NCBI GenBank assembly: GCA_965242965.1
Contig: OZ251518.1
Coordinates: forward strand, 128,001-192,000
From: Candidatus Poribacteria bacterium
GTDB lineage: Bacteria > Poribacteria > WGA-4E > WGA-3G
Direction: 5' to 3'
Length of the DNA: 64,000 bases
Each line of letters begins with the position of its first letter. Position 1 is the first letter of the stretch. The notes under the pieces are model-generated. The model was not told the origin of the DNA, ran no database searches, and worked only from the letters and a program-made list of their open reading frames with translations. Shown here one piece after another: positions 1-9,119 of this stretch. Made by a program: the position numbers and the translations under genes.

Positions 1-890
1 ATTTCGGCGAGCAGTTTGATGTCAACCCAGAAAACCGCTACCTCTCATTAGACGAGATGTTGGCAACCGAAAATTTGGACATCGCAGTCATCTGCACGTG
101 GGGTGCCTATCACGCCGAGACGGGTATCCAAATCGCCGAATCCCGCCAAGTCAAAGCGATTTTGTGTGAGAAGCCTTTCACGTCAACGGCGGCGGAGGCA
201 GAGGCGTTCGTCGGTGCAGCGCAGGAAAACGGCGTGCTTGTCACCGAAGCTTTCAAATTCCGGCACCATCCGATGCATCTCAAGGCGAAGGAGTTGATTG
301 ATGCGGGTGCTATCGGCGAATTCATGACGCTGCGTAGCACATTCTGCACGGGAGGTGGCGGCGGTGGCCCGGAGACGCGCCGCCCAGAAGCGAATTGGCG
401 GTTCAACAAAGCGAAAGGCGGCGGCAGTATCTATGACCTGGGATGTTACTGCATCCATCACGCCCGCTTCATGTTTGATGCCGAACCAATTCGCGTCTCC
501 GGCGCATCGCAGGCAGGATTGGAAGTGGACGATGCGGCGTATCTGCTGCTCGTCTTTCCCGGCAATCGCACCGCGCAAATCTCCGTTGGATTCAACTGCG
601 CCGGTGGACAATACGCCGAAATGTCCGGCACCGGCGGGATGTGCCGCCTCGACCGGGTGTGGAACAACGAGGAATCGCCTGTCAACATTGAGCTCACCAC
701 ACGGAGCGGCCGCGAAGTCATTGATATTGAGCCGTGCTTTCAGTTTGCGTTGCAGTTGGAGCATCTCTGCGAGTGTTTAGCTACAGGGAAACCGCACCGT
801 ATCTCGCCAGAGAGTTGCGTCAATCAGATGCGCGTCATCGATGCCGCCTTTGAAGCGATGGCGACAGGCAGAACGGTTGAATTGGGGTAG
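1..890 (+). CDS. Gfo/Idh/MocA family oxidoreductase (5' partial)
   Basis: Frame open from position 3; ILCEKP, GGGSIYDLGCY and VDDAA motifs. Confidence 0.9.
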   Translation, partial: FGEQFDVNPENRYLSLDEMLATENLDIAVICTWGAYHAETGIQIAESRQVKAILCEKPFTSTAAEAEAFVGAAQENGVLVTEAFKFRHHPMHLKAKELIDAGAIGEFMTLRSTFCTGGGGGGPETRRPEANWRFNKAKGGGSIYDLGCYCIHHARFMFDAEPIRVSGASQAGLEVDDAAYLLLVFPGNRTAQISVGFNCAGGQYAEMSGTGGMCRLDRVWNNEESPVNIELTTRSGREVIDIEPCFQFALQLEHLCECLATGKPHRISPESCVNQMRVIDAAFEAMATGRTVELG

Positions 891-899
891 GCGCGCCTC

Positions 900-1361
900 T
901 ATAGGGCAGGATCAGGCGATCCTGCCCGTTCGGGATCAGGCGATCCCGAACTACAGTCATTGGGGCATGCAAGCGATCGCGGGGGACAGGCCCCCGCGCT
1001 ACGGTATGCAAGGCCGTCTCCCTTTCACCGTAGGGCGAGGGCCTGTCCCTCGCCGTGCCTCGATCTGCACGAGAAACGGCGTTGGTTGGCGTTCGTTTTT
1101 CGCGCGGATCGAACGCTCGCGGGGGACAGGCCCCCGCGCTACGGGCCTGGAAGGAGTTCTCCTCGCCGTGCATCCGTTCGGGATTAGGCGATCCCGAACT
1201 ACGGTCTCTAGGCCCTATAATCCTGCTAATCGTGATAATCTTGTAAATCCTGCTCATCTCTGGGGCACGCGAGAGATCGCGGGGGACAGGCCCCCGCGCT
1301 ACGGGAACATTGAGACCCCGAGGTTTCTCCTACCGAACACATCGAAATATGAAACACCCTC
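900..1361. repeat. REP-hairpin mosaic ending in an orphan right TIR
   Basis: Several CGCGGGGGACAGGCCCCCGCGCTAC, GTAGGGCGAGGGCCTGTCCCTCGCC and CGGGATCAGGCGATCCCGAACTAC units; TATGAAACACCCTC ends at 1361. Confidence 0.9.
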
Positions 1362-1374
1362 GGTTATGTGCCTC

Positions 1375-2334
1375 TCAAATCCTAACCTGTTCAACCTCAC
1401 CTGTCTCCAATGAACGATTCGCGGCGAGAGTGACAGCCAGCGTCTTCACTGCATCGGCGTAAGAAGAACGAACGCGTCCTTGCTCATTCGCTTCAACGGC
1501 ATCAATGAACCGCGCAATTTGCCGGAAATAACCCGCTTCCGTGCCAGTATAGTCAATAGGCTCATCGCCGATTTGGCCGCGTAACCCGAGGTCGTGCGTT
1601 AGTTTGAGGTAGAGCGCATCGCCCACCAATTCGGTGGCGAAGTTATCGGGCGCGCGGGCGACACAGGTGCTGGTGATATTTCCCACCGCGCCGTTCGCGA
1701 ACTGCATGTTGCAGACAGTGCATTCCTCAAAATCGGCGATGCCTTCAGAAACATTTTTAATTCCGTAGGCATGCACGCTTGCGACATCGCCGAGGAAATA
1801 TCGGACAAGATCGAACACATGCGTCGTTTGTTCTACCATCTGTCCGCGCGATACCTCATATTTTCCCCACCAGGGATGGTTGCTCCCCATCCGCGCGAAA
1901 AACCGTCCAAACCCCATGGCGAGTCTTGTGTCACCCACGAGTTCCTTCGCTTTTTCGGTAATGTCGCTATACCGCGCCATGTAGCCGACTTGATTGATGA
2001 CAGAGGCAGTCTCAATTGCGTCGCGGGTGCGTTGCGCCGTCTCTAAATCCTGTGCCACTGGTTTCGCGACAAAAAGTGCCGCGCCCGATTTTGCCGCGTC
2101 GGCGGCTTGTGTCGTGTGCGCCCCGGGTGGGATGCAGGTAAAGACAACATCGGGATGTTCGTTCCGTAGCATTTCACCGTGGTTGGTGTATGCGGTTGCC
2201 TTTTCTTCGTGCGCGACAGTTGCAGCTCGTTCCGCGTTAATATCGCAGACTGCTGCGATGGGACGTTGGAGTTGTTTGAGGCTTCGGCGATAATTGCCGG
2301 CAATGCCTCCTACGCCGATGAAAGCGATTTTCAT
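1375..2334 (-). CDS. Gfo/Idh/MocA family oxidoreductase
   Basis: KIAFIGVGGIA Rossmann start; FVAKP (EKP variant); EQTTHVFD. Confidence 0.9.
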   Translation of the reverse strand: MKIAFIGVGGIAGNYRRSLKQLQRPIAAVCDINAERAATVAHEEKATAYTNHGEMLRNEHPDVVFTCIPPGAHTTQAADAAKSGAALFVAKPVAQDLETAQRTRDAIETASVINQVGYMARYSDITEKAKELVGDTRLAMGFGRFFARMGSNHPWWGKYEVSRGQMVEQTTHVFDLVRYFLGDVASVHAYGIKNVSEGIADFEECTVCNMQFANGAVGNITSTCVARAPDNFATELVGDALYLKLTHDLGLRGQIGDEPIDYTGTEAGYFRQIARFIDAVEANEQGRVRSSYADAVKTLAVTLAANRSLETGEVEQVRI

Positions 2335-2346
2335 GTGGATTTCCTC

Positions 2347-3006
2347 TCAATCTTGTATCAACTCACGGATTTTCTTTACAAAGTATTGGAAACTGGGAGA
2401 GGCGTTGTTATCTATGTCCATGTGCGGCGCGATGTTTTCCGCCCATGCGGATTTTTCTATGCCTATTGCCGGATATCCCTGACTTTTCAGAGCCTTTAAG
2501 CCGCCTTTGAATACCGCGTCGGCGAGAATCTCCCAGGTTCCACAAATTGAATCATTTTGGTAATCAGCTAGGACAGTGTTTCTGGCCTGGGGATAAGCTG
2601 TCTTGACTGCGGAGATGTCGCCAAGGAGCCATGCTTCACATTCTTCTACGGCAATACAAAACCGAGTTTCTGGTTTGGGATTGCACGCGTCCATTACGGC
2701 GATAAGTTGTTGGCGAAATTCTTTCAAACATTTGTCATCCAAGTCGCACACCACAATCACCGCTGCGGAATAAAGGGTCGAATACGCGGCATGGGTTCTC
2801 CCGCGCCCTCTGAGCAGTTGGGGAAGTCGATTAAGCAGAACGCGCTTGCTTGGATCCGTCCGGTCTTGGAGACTTTCAGGAATCTCGCGGCCGATTCCTT
2901 TGTAACCAAAAACTTCAAATGTATGTCTATCGCCGATGATTTTTGGCATCAAAATATCAAGTGCTTTCTTGCCCGACAAATCTTCGACATAGATTTCAAA
3001 GTGCAT
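2347..3006 (-). CDS. DUF4276/RloB-like TOPRIM-type protein, partner of upstream ATPase
   Basis: Start at MHFEIYVEDLS, overlapping the ATPase stop; VCDLDD and EECEAWLLGD motifs; SPSF near C-terminus. Confidence 0.7.
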   Translation of the reverse strand: MHFEIYVEDLSGKKALDILMPKIIGDRHTFEVFGYKGIGREIPESLQDRTDPSKRVLLNRLPQLLRGRGRTHAAYSTLYSAAVIVVCDLDDKCLKEFRQQLIAVMDACNPKPETRFCIAVEECEAWLLGDISAVKTAYPQARNTVLADYQNDSICGTWEILADAVFKGGLKALKSQGYPAIGIEKSAWAENIAPHMDIDNNASPSFQYFVKKIRELIQD

Positions 3007-4285
3007 TCTGTTCCCTCGGGTCAAGATAGCCGCTGTACCAGAGTGAGCCCAGGGGCAACTCTTCCTCAACAAGATAGTTCACACCCTGGTCATCGCTTGC
3101 CCGCCGGATTGTGGAAAAACCATCCTCACCCTTATCCAGAATCCAAACCTCTTTCGGACCCAAGGCATCGACAAAGTAGGGCTGGTGCGTCGTCATAAAC
3201 ACCTGCGAACTGCCTTTGCTGCCGTTAGTGCGACTGCGAAATTCCCAGACGAGCGGCTCTAGGAGTTTATGATACAGCCCATCCTCTGGTTCTTCAAGGC
3301 AAAGGAACGGAGGCAGACCCGGGTCTTCCAATAGTAAGAAATATGCCAACAACTTGAGTGTCCCATCGGAAACTTGCTGCGCGTAAAAAGGATCCTGAAA
3401 ACCTTTGTCGTTGAACTTGAGGAGCAACCGGCCATCGCTGGTTTTTTCTGTCTCAATCCGCTCAATGCCGGGAATCTTATCGGCAATCTTTTTGAGAATC
3501 ACCCCGAAACGTTCGGGGTGTTCACGCTCCATGAATTGCACAACGTTGCCCAGATTGTCTCCGTGGCTGTTGAGATGCTTTTGGGAGGATGCCATCGGTA
3601 AACAGCGCGCCGCATCTGGCGTGAAGTAACTGAAATACCATCCCTCAATAAACCGGCAGAGGGAGGAAATTCGCGGATGCCGTTTGAAGGCACCGAGTGT
3701 GGCAATCCCGAGTTTGCGCGGGTTTGCCAATTCGATTGACTCGGGCGAACAGCCTTCTGATGATTTTGCGCATTCCAAGAGATTAACGAAATCCGAAGTC
3801 TCTTCGTCAAATTGGATACCGCACTTTTCACCGTTCCACGCTACACCGATGCCGTTGTGGAGCATGAGGAAAGAAAATGGCTGTCCGCCTTTCTGTCCCT
3901 TTCGCTTCTGCATGAGACGTTCTTGCAGGACATAGGGCCGTCCCATCTTGTCCGCTTCAATAACAAGCTGATACGTGATGGGACGGGCATTGCCGTTTTC
4001 CTTATAGCACACCTCGAACGCAATCGGTTCCGTTGTGCCTTGCGAACGGATTTGCTCAAAGCCGCCGCGTCCACGCGCGACGCAGGCGGCTTCAACCCCC
4101 AATTTCAGCGCATCGGCGAGGAACGCGAGTGCATCAAATAAGGCACTTTTCCCTACTCCGTTTTTGCCGATTACCGCTGTTATCGGCGTGAGTGCTTCTT
4201 TCTTCGCGCCGTTCCACAGGCGCCCTAGGGTTATATCCTTCAGCACCTTGAAGTTGCGCACTCTGAGCCCTTCTAGCCTAGCCAT
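2996..4285 (-). CDS. AAA_21/AbiEii-type ABC ATPase
   Basis: Start MARLEGLRVRNFK; Walker A GKNGVGKS, signature SDGT, Walker B LEEPE, H-loop TTHQP. Confidence 0.85.
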   Translation of the reverse strand: MARLEGLRVRNFKVLKDITLGRLWNGAKKEALTPITAVIGKNGVGKSALFDALAFLADALKLGVEAACVARGRGGFEQIRSQGTTEPIAFEVCYKENGNARPITYQLVIEADKMGRPYVLQERLMQKRKGQKGGQPFSFLMLHNGIGVAWNGEKCGIQFDEETSDFVNLLECAKSSEGCSPESIELANPRKLGIATLGAFKRHPRISSLCRFIEGWYFSYFTPDAARCLPMASSQKHLNSHGDNLGNVVQFMEREHPERFGVILKKIADKIPGIERIETEKTSDGRLLLKFNDKGFQDPFYAQQVSDGTLKLLAYFLLLEDPGLPPFLCLEEPEDGLYHKLLEPLVWEFRSRTNGSKGSSQVFMTTHQPYFVDALGPKEVWILDKGEDGFSTIRRASDDQGVNYLVEEELPLGSLWYSGYLDPREQNAL

Positions 4286-7200
4286 TTTCAATTCCTCCCG
4301 CCGGCACCTCAACCGCCGCCGAAACACGCTTCTCTTCCCCGAAGAAGAACTTACGCAAATCAGCGTTAATCGCATACAACGCCGGCATCACGAACAATGT
4401 CATCGTCGTCGCGAAGGCGAGGCCGAAGATGATGGTGTTCGCCATCGGCATCCAAATTGGCGACTTGCCACCGAGGCCGAGTGCCATCGGCACGAGCCCG
4501 AAAATCGTTGTCATTGAAGTCAAAACAATCGGACGCAGACGGACGCTGCCGCCTTTCAAAATCGCATACCATTTGTTATAGCCGCGCTCACGATACCTGT
4601 TGATGAAATCGATGAGAACGATGGAATCGTTCACGACGATGCCCGCAAGCGCAACAATGCCGAACATCGCTACCATGCTGAGCGTCGCATCCGCAAGGAA
4701 CAACCCTACCATCGCGCCTATCATCCCAAACGGAACGGCAAACAGAATGATAACAGGCTGTGTAAACGATTTGAATTGCGCGCCAAGCACCATATAAATG
4801 ACGAGCAGCCCGACTCCAAACAATTTCCACAACTCCGAGAAGGAGTCCCGAACTTCGTCAAATATGCCGCGGAAATCGAGCCGATAGCCCGGATACAGGG
4901 ATTCCACATCCGCGAACGCGCTGATAAGTGTCTGATTGACTTTGACAGCGTTCGTTTTAGTGGTATCTACGGAGGCATACACGGTAATAGCACGTTCACC
5001 GTCAAATCGGCGGATGTCGGAATAGCCTTTCTCCTCTATAATTTCGGCGACATCTTTAAGCGGGATAATCGCCCCAGTCGGTGTCGCAATCAACAAGTTA
5101 TTGAGCGCGTCGAAAGTTCTGAGGCTCTCCTCATCGTATTTGACGATGACATCTATCGCTTCGTCCGCTTCCCGGTATGTTGTCGCTTTCGCTCCTTCAA
5201 CAGCCGTGCGCACAGTCTGCGCGATATGGAGCGTCGTTAACCCGTACTGATGCGCCTTCTCCGATTTCAGGTAAATCCGCAGTTCCGATTTGCCGACGCG
5301 GAAATCGTCTCGGACATCGTAAACGCCGTCCATGTCATCTAATTCGGCTTTCAACACATCGGTGAGCTCCATCAGTTTATCAAACCGCGCTCCTTTGACT
5401 TTCACCTCAACGTCCTGGCCCTGAGGCGGTCCGCCCTCTAATTTGACGTAATTCAGTTTTTCGATGCCGCTAATTCGCGTCGTGTCGCGGCGTAGCGAGG
5501 CGATAACCTCATCTACGTTTCGGGTGCGCTCTTCTTTCGGCGTGAGTTCAACGATAATCTCTCCCAAATTAGAACCGTAACTAACGCTCTCCATGCCGCC
5601 CGATGTCGGCGTATGCAAACCGACATTGCTGACGATGGCCGCGAGCTCCGTTGAAGGCAGTCCTTTGACAACCTCCTCTAACTGCGCGATGACACCGGTT
5701 GTCTCCTGCATTCCGTAAGCCGGCGGCATCTCCGCTTTGAGATAGAATTGCGGGAAATCTTCGCCGGGGAAAAGTTCCTTGTCAAGAACGAGAAACGCGC
5801 TGACGCACGTGATTAAACCGAAGAGCAGGACACACCCGACGAACGCATACCGCCACCGAATCGTCGTCTTCAGGATTTTGACATAGCGGCCCCGCACGGC
5901 ATCAAACCATCGGGTGGAACGTGCCTTCCGGCTTTCCGCCCTTCCCCACTCAGCGACATGCGCCGGCAGGATGACAAACACCTCAAAAAGTGAGGCGATA
6001 AGCACCAAAATCGCCATAATCGGCACGATGCGCATGAATTGCCCCGGAACGCCTGACATAAACATCAGCGGACCGAATGCACCGATAGTTGTTAGACTCG
6101 CGGCGACTACCGGCCACCCGACTTCTTCCGCCCCGCGGATCGCGGCGGCTTTTGGGGAGGCACCCGCCTGAATATGCCGATAGATATTTTCTATCACGAC
6201 GATGGCATCGTCCACAACAATACCGACGACTAAGATAAGTCCAAACAGCGCGACACCACTCAGCGAATAGCCTGTTATCAGCATAAACCAGAACGTCGCC
6301 ATGAACGCCACCGGAATGCCCAAAGCGGCGAACAGCGCGTTCCGCCACCCGATAAAAACGAGCAGCATCAAGACGACAAGCCCCAGTCCAAAGATGGCGT
6401 TCGTCTCCAGAATACCTAACCGCTCCTTCAGGATGACAGAGTAGTCGTTAACCGCTGTCAACTCCGCGCCTTCTGGGAGTCCCGCCTTCCGTTTCTCTAT
6501 CAATTCACGCAGTTGTGCTACCAACGCGATGGTGTTCCCTTCACTCTTTTTTTGAACGCTCAAACTGATTGAGGGTTGTCCATTGATACGTGAGAGTGTT
6601 CGTGCCTCCTCGTAAGTATCCGAAACGGTGGCGATGTCGCGCAGGCGTAACGGCGTGCCGGTAGGCTGCACCCTGATGATGGTTTCGCCGATGGTGTCCG
6701 GGTTGGGAAATTCGCCCATCGTGCGCACCATATATTCTGTCGCTTTCGCCGCCGTCCCGATTTCAATAGTCCCCGCAGGCAGATTTAAATTGCTGGCATT
6801 GAGTGCAAGACTGACAGCCCCAATCGGCAACCGATACGCCTTGAGTTTATCGGCATGCACCTCTATCCAGATTTCCCTTTCGCGGAGTCCGGCTATCTGC
6901 ACAGATGCGATGTTTTTGATGTCTAGGATTTCGTCTTTCAGATTTTCGGCGATAGTCCGCATCCGCGTTTCGGAAATAGTGCCGCCGACGACTACCGTCA
7001 ACATCGGGAAACCAGCAGAGATATCCAACTCCGTAACCTTCGGTTCGTCGAGTATCTCGTCTGGCAGTTCGTTGACTTGTTCAACCGCCGCCCGGAGGTT
7101 TTGAAGCTGCTTATCAAAATCCCGTTCGCTCATTTCTTCAAAATCGACGGAGATGAGAGAGCGTCCTTCCGATGAGGTGGAAAGCATGAGGTTGATTTTG

Positions 7201-7427
7201 CTGACGTTTTCTTCGATTGCCTCTTCGATGGGGGCTGTTACGAGTTTCTCCACCTCTTCCGGCGAAGCACCTGGGTAAAGCGTAGCCACGGTTGCGGTTT
7301 GCAATGCGATTTCTGGGGTGAGTTCGCGCGGCAGATTTATCCATGCATACACCCCGAAAATGATGATGAGCATCATCAGCATGTTCGCCAGCACCGGGTT
7401 GTTGACTGATATTTTCGGAATTGACAT
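4278..7427 (-). CDS. RND efflux transporter permease (AcrB family)
   Basis: 1049 aa; GIVVDDAIVVIENI, GIVVNDSIVLID and RLRPIVLTSMTT. Confidence 0.95.
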   Translation of the reverse strand: MSIPKISVNNPVLANMLMMLIIIFGVYAWINLPRELTPEIALQTATVATLYPGASPEEVEKLVTAPIEEAIEENVSKINLMLSTSSEGRSLISVDFEEMSERDFDKQLQNLRAAVEQVNELPDEILDEPKVTELDISAGFPMLTVVVGGTISETRMRTIAENLKDEILDIKNIASVQIAGLREREIWIEVHADKLKAYRLPIGAVSLALNASNLNLPAGTIEIGTAAKATEYMVRTMGEFPNPDTIGETIIRVQPTGTPLRLRDIATVSDTYEEARTLSRINGQPSISLSVQKKSEGNTIALVAQLRELIEKRKAGLPEGAELTAVNDYSVILKERLGILETNAIFGLGLVVLMLLVFIGWRNALFAALGIPVAFMATFWFMLITGYSLSGVALFGLILVVGIVVDDAIVVIENIYRHIQAGASPKAAAIRGAEEVGWPVVAASLTTIGAFGPLMFMSGVPGQFMRIVPIMAILVLIASLFEVFVILPAHVAEWGRAESRKARSTRWFDAVRGRYVKILKTTIRWRYAFVGCVLLFGLITCVSAFLVLDKELFPGEDFPQFYLKAEMPPAYGMQETTGVIAQLEEVVKGLPSTELAAIVSNVGLHTPTSGGMESVSYGSNLGEIIVELTPKEERTRNVDEVIASLRRDTTRISGIEKLNYVKLEGGPPQGQDVEVKVKGARFDKLMELTDVLKAELDDMDGVYDVRDDFRVGKSELRIYLKSEKAHQYGLTTLHIAQTVRTAVEGAKATTYREADEAIDVIVKYDEESLRTFDALNNLLIATPTGAIIPLKDVAEIIEEKGYSDIRRFDGERAITVYASVDTTKTNAVKVNQTLISAFADVESLYPGYRLDFRGIFDEVRDSFSELWKLFGVGLLVIYMVLGAQFKSFTQPVIILFAVPFGMIGAMVGLFLADATLSMVAMFGIVALAGIVVNDSIVLIDFINRYRERGYNKWYAILKGGSVRLRPIVLTSMTTIFGLVPMALGLGGKSPIWMPMANTIIFGLAFATTMTLFVMPALYAINADLRKFFFGEEKRVSAAVEVPAGGIENG

Positions 7428-7499
7428 TTGGCTATATTTTCCTCGTTTGTGTTTTGTCTATTTGAAAAGGGTGGCGGCCGCGGTTAATCCACCGCGGTC

Positions 7500-7829
7500 G
7501 CCTGTTAGGGCGAGGGACAGGCCCTCGCCACGCGTTTGGTTGGCAAACCGCATCACCCCTGTAGGTCAGGATCGCCTGATCCTGACCCGTTCGGGATCAG
7601 GCGCTCCCGAACTACAGAGGGGGAAACACACATCATGACGATAGAGATCGCGGGGGACAGGCCCCCGCGCTACGAAAAAAACGCCATCCCTTCATCGTAG
7701 GGCGAGGGCCTGTCCCTCGCCATCGTCGGCGCAATTCAACGCTCGCGGGGGACAGGCCCCCGCGCGACGGGCACATCGAGACCGGGAGGTCTCTCCTACC
7801 GGGAAGCCATCGAAATATGAAACCCCCTC
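7500..7829. repeat. REP-hairpin mosaic with orphan right TIR
   Basis: Family A, B and C hairpins; TATGAAACCCCCTC ends at 7829. Confidence 0.9.
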
Positions 7830-7831
7830 AG

Positions 7832-8572
7832 TTACTGTTGCACCGTTTTTAAGTGTCCCCATGTTGTCGCCAATTTTCCGCTAGGTGCGACTGCCAGCGG
7901 CTCAATGCCTTCGCCTTCGACAGAAAGCGTATCTACGAGTAACGTGACGGTCTGGCCGCCCCAGTTGTTCATAAATCCGATGCCGATACGTTCTGCATCG
8001 AACTTATGGTTCCACGTTTTCTCCCCAGCGAGCATCCATTCATCCTTCTCGTTTTCGCGATAGTAGCCCGAGAACACGTCATCCTCTTTGACGATTTTCA
8101 GGTGAAGTGGGGCATCGAACCCGGTTTGCGGGTGCCCCTTATCTTGCCAATTGGCTTTCACCATGCTGCCGATGAGCGTTTTCTGCGGTTGATTCGCTTC
8201 GCCACCAAAGAGAAAACAGGCGTAGTTCAGATTGTCGTCGCTGAAGATGAAAATTCCCATCCACGCGTCGGCGGGTTTATCCGGGTCTGACGTGAAAATC
8301 CCGCTCACGGTGAGATTCTCCGCGGCACTTTTCGGGATGTCCCGTTCCAGCATCGGTTTATCGGGAGTGGTATGCCCCCAGTTGCCCGGATTCGTCATCT
8401 GTAAGAAACCGTCCTTGACTTCATGCTCCGTCTGCTTATTGTTGTGGTCCCGGAATTTCCAGTCCGCAACAAGCTCATTTCCATCAAACGGATCCGTCCA
8501 CACCGCGGCGGACACTGCACCGGCGAATCCTACTATCAGGATACCGATGATGCATATCATAGATTTTTTCAT
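7832..8572 (-). CDS. Secreted beta-sandwich (ConA/LamG-like) protein with C-terminal AVAPSGKLATTWGHLK motif
   Basis: N-terminal signal peptide ending AVSA; beta-rich body; C-terminal motif; AGGAGG RBS. Confidence 0.7.
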   Translation of the reverse strand: MKKSMICIIGILIVGFAGAVSAAVWTDPFDGNELVADWKFRDHNNKQTEHEVKDGFLQMTNPGNWGHTTPDKPMLERDIPKSAAENLTVSGIFTSDPDKPADAWMGIFIFSDDNLNYACFLFGGEANQPQKTLIGSMVKANWQDKGHPQTGFDAPLHLKIVKEDDVFSGYYRENEKDEWMLAGEKTWNHKFDAERIGIGFMNNWGGQTVTLLVDTLSVEGEGIEPLAVAPSGKLATTWGHLKTVQQ

Positions 8573-8592
8573 AGTGAAACCTCCTTGGAATT

Positions 8593-8621
8593 ATTATAGC
8601 ATATTGTTAGATGTTATGCAA
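8593..8621 (-). promoter_or_regulatory. sigma70-type promoter
   Basis: TTGCAT-17-TATAAT with extended TG on the minus strand. Confidence 0.6.
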
Positions 8622-8652
8622 AGGAAAAATGTTCGGTGAGAATAATTTGGGT

Positions 8653-9035
8653 GAGGGTGTTTCATAAATCGCCCCCCCCGCCATGCCCGGGGCCATTGAA
8701 CGTTCGCGAGGGACAGGCCCTCGCGCTACGGAATCGGGAAGGCGATTGGGCCCTCGAACGTTCGCGGGGGACAGGCCCCCGCGCTACGATAAAAAACGCT
8801 ATCCCTCACCGTAGGGCGGGGGCCTGTCCCCCGCCATGCTGCGGTCTACTGAAACCTCGCGAGGGACAGGCCCTCGCGCTACGGAATCGGGAAGGCGATT
8901 GGGCCCTCGAACGTTCGCGGGGGACAGGCCCCCGCGCTACGATAAAAAACGCTATCCCTCACCGTAGGGCGGGGGCCTGTCCCCCGCCATGCTGTGGTCT
9001 ACCGAAAACTCGCGAGGGACAGGCCCTCGCGCGAC
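8653..9035. repeat. Left TIR followed by 153-bp tandem duplication of REP modules
   Basis: GAGGGTGTTTCATAAAT at 8653; units start near 8704, 8857 and 9010 (last one partial). Confidence 0.9.
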
Positions 9036-9041
9036 AGAATT

Positions 9042-9070
9042 TTGACATAAAATCAAAATTATGATAAACT
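9042..9070 (+). promoter_or_regulatory. sigma70-type promoter for glcD-like operon
   Basis: TTGACA-17-TAAACT with extended TG. Confidence 0.65.
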
Positions 9071-9119
9071 AAATACAACGATAGTGACAAACATGCCTAC
9101 TGATAAGGAAAAATCGACT

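Noticed and set aside
835-1413. ORFs over repeat mosaics (also 8636-9064, 12534-12831, 20313-20810, 36570-36854, 42305-42630, 50862-51197, 61184-61525)
   Set aside because: The peptides (GDRPPRYG, RGPVPR, RGTGPRAT) are translations of REP hairpins, and there is no domain evidence
8704-9035. Possible repeat-spacer array
   Set aside because: Whole units including the apparent spacers are duplicated, so there are no unique spacers
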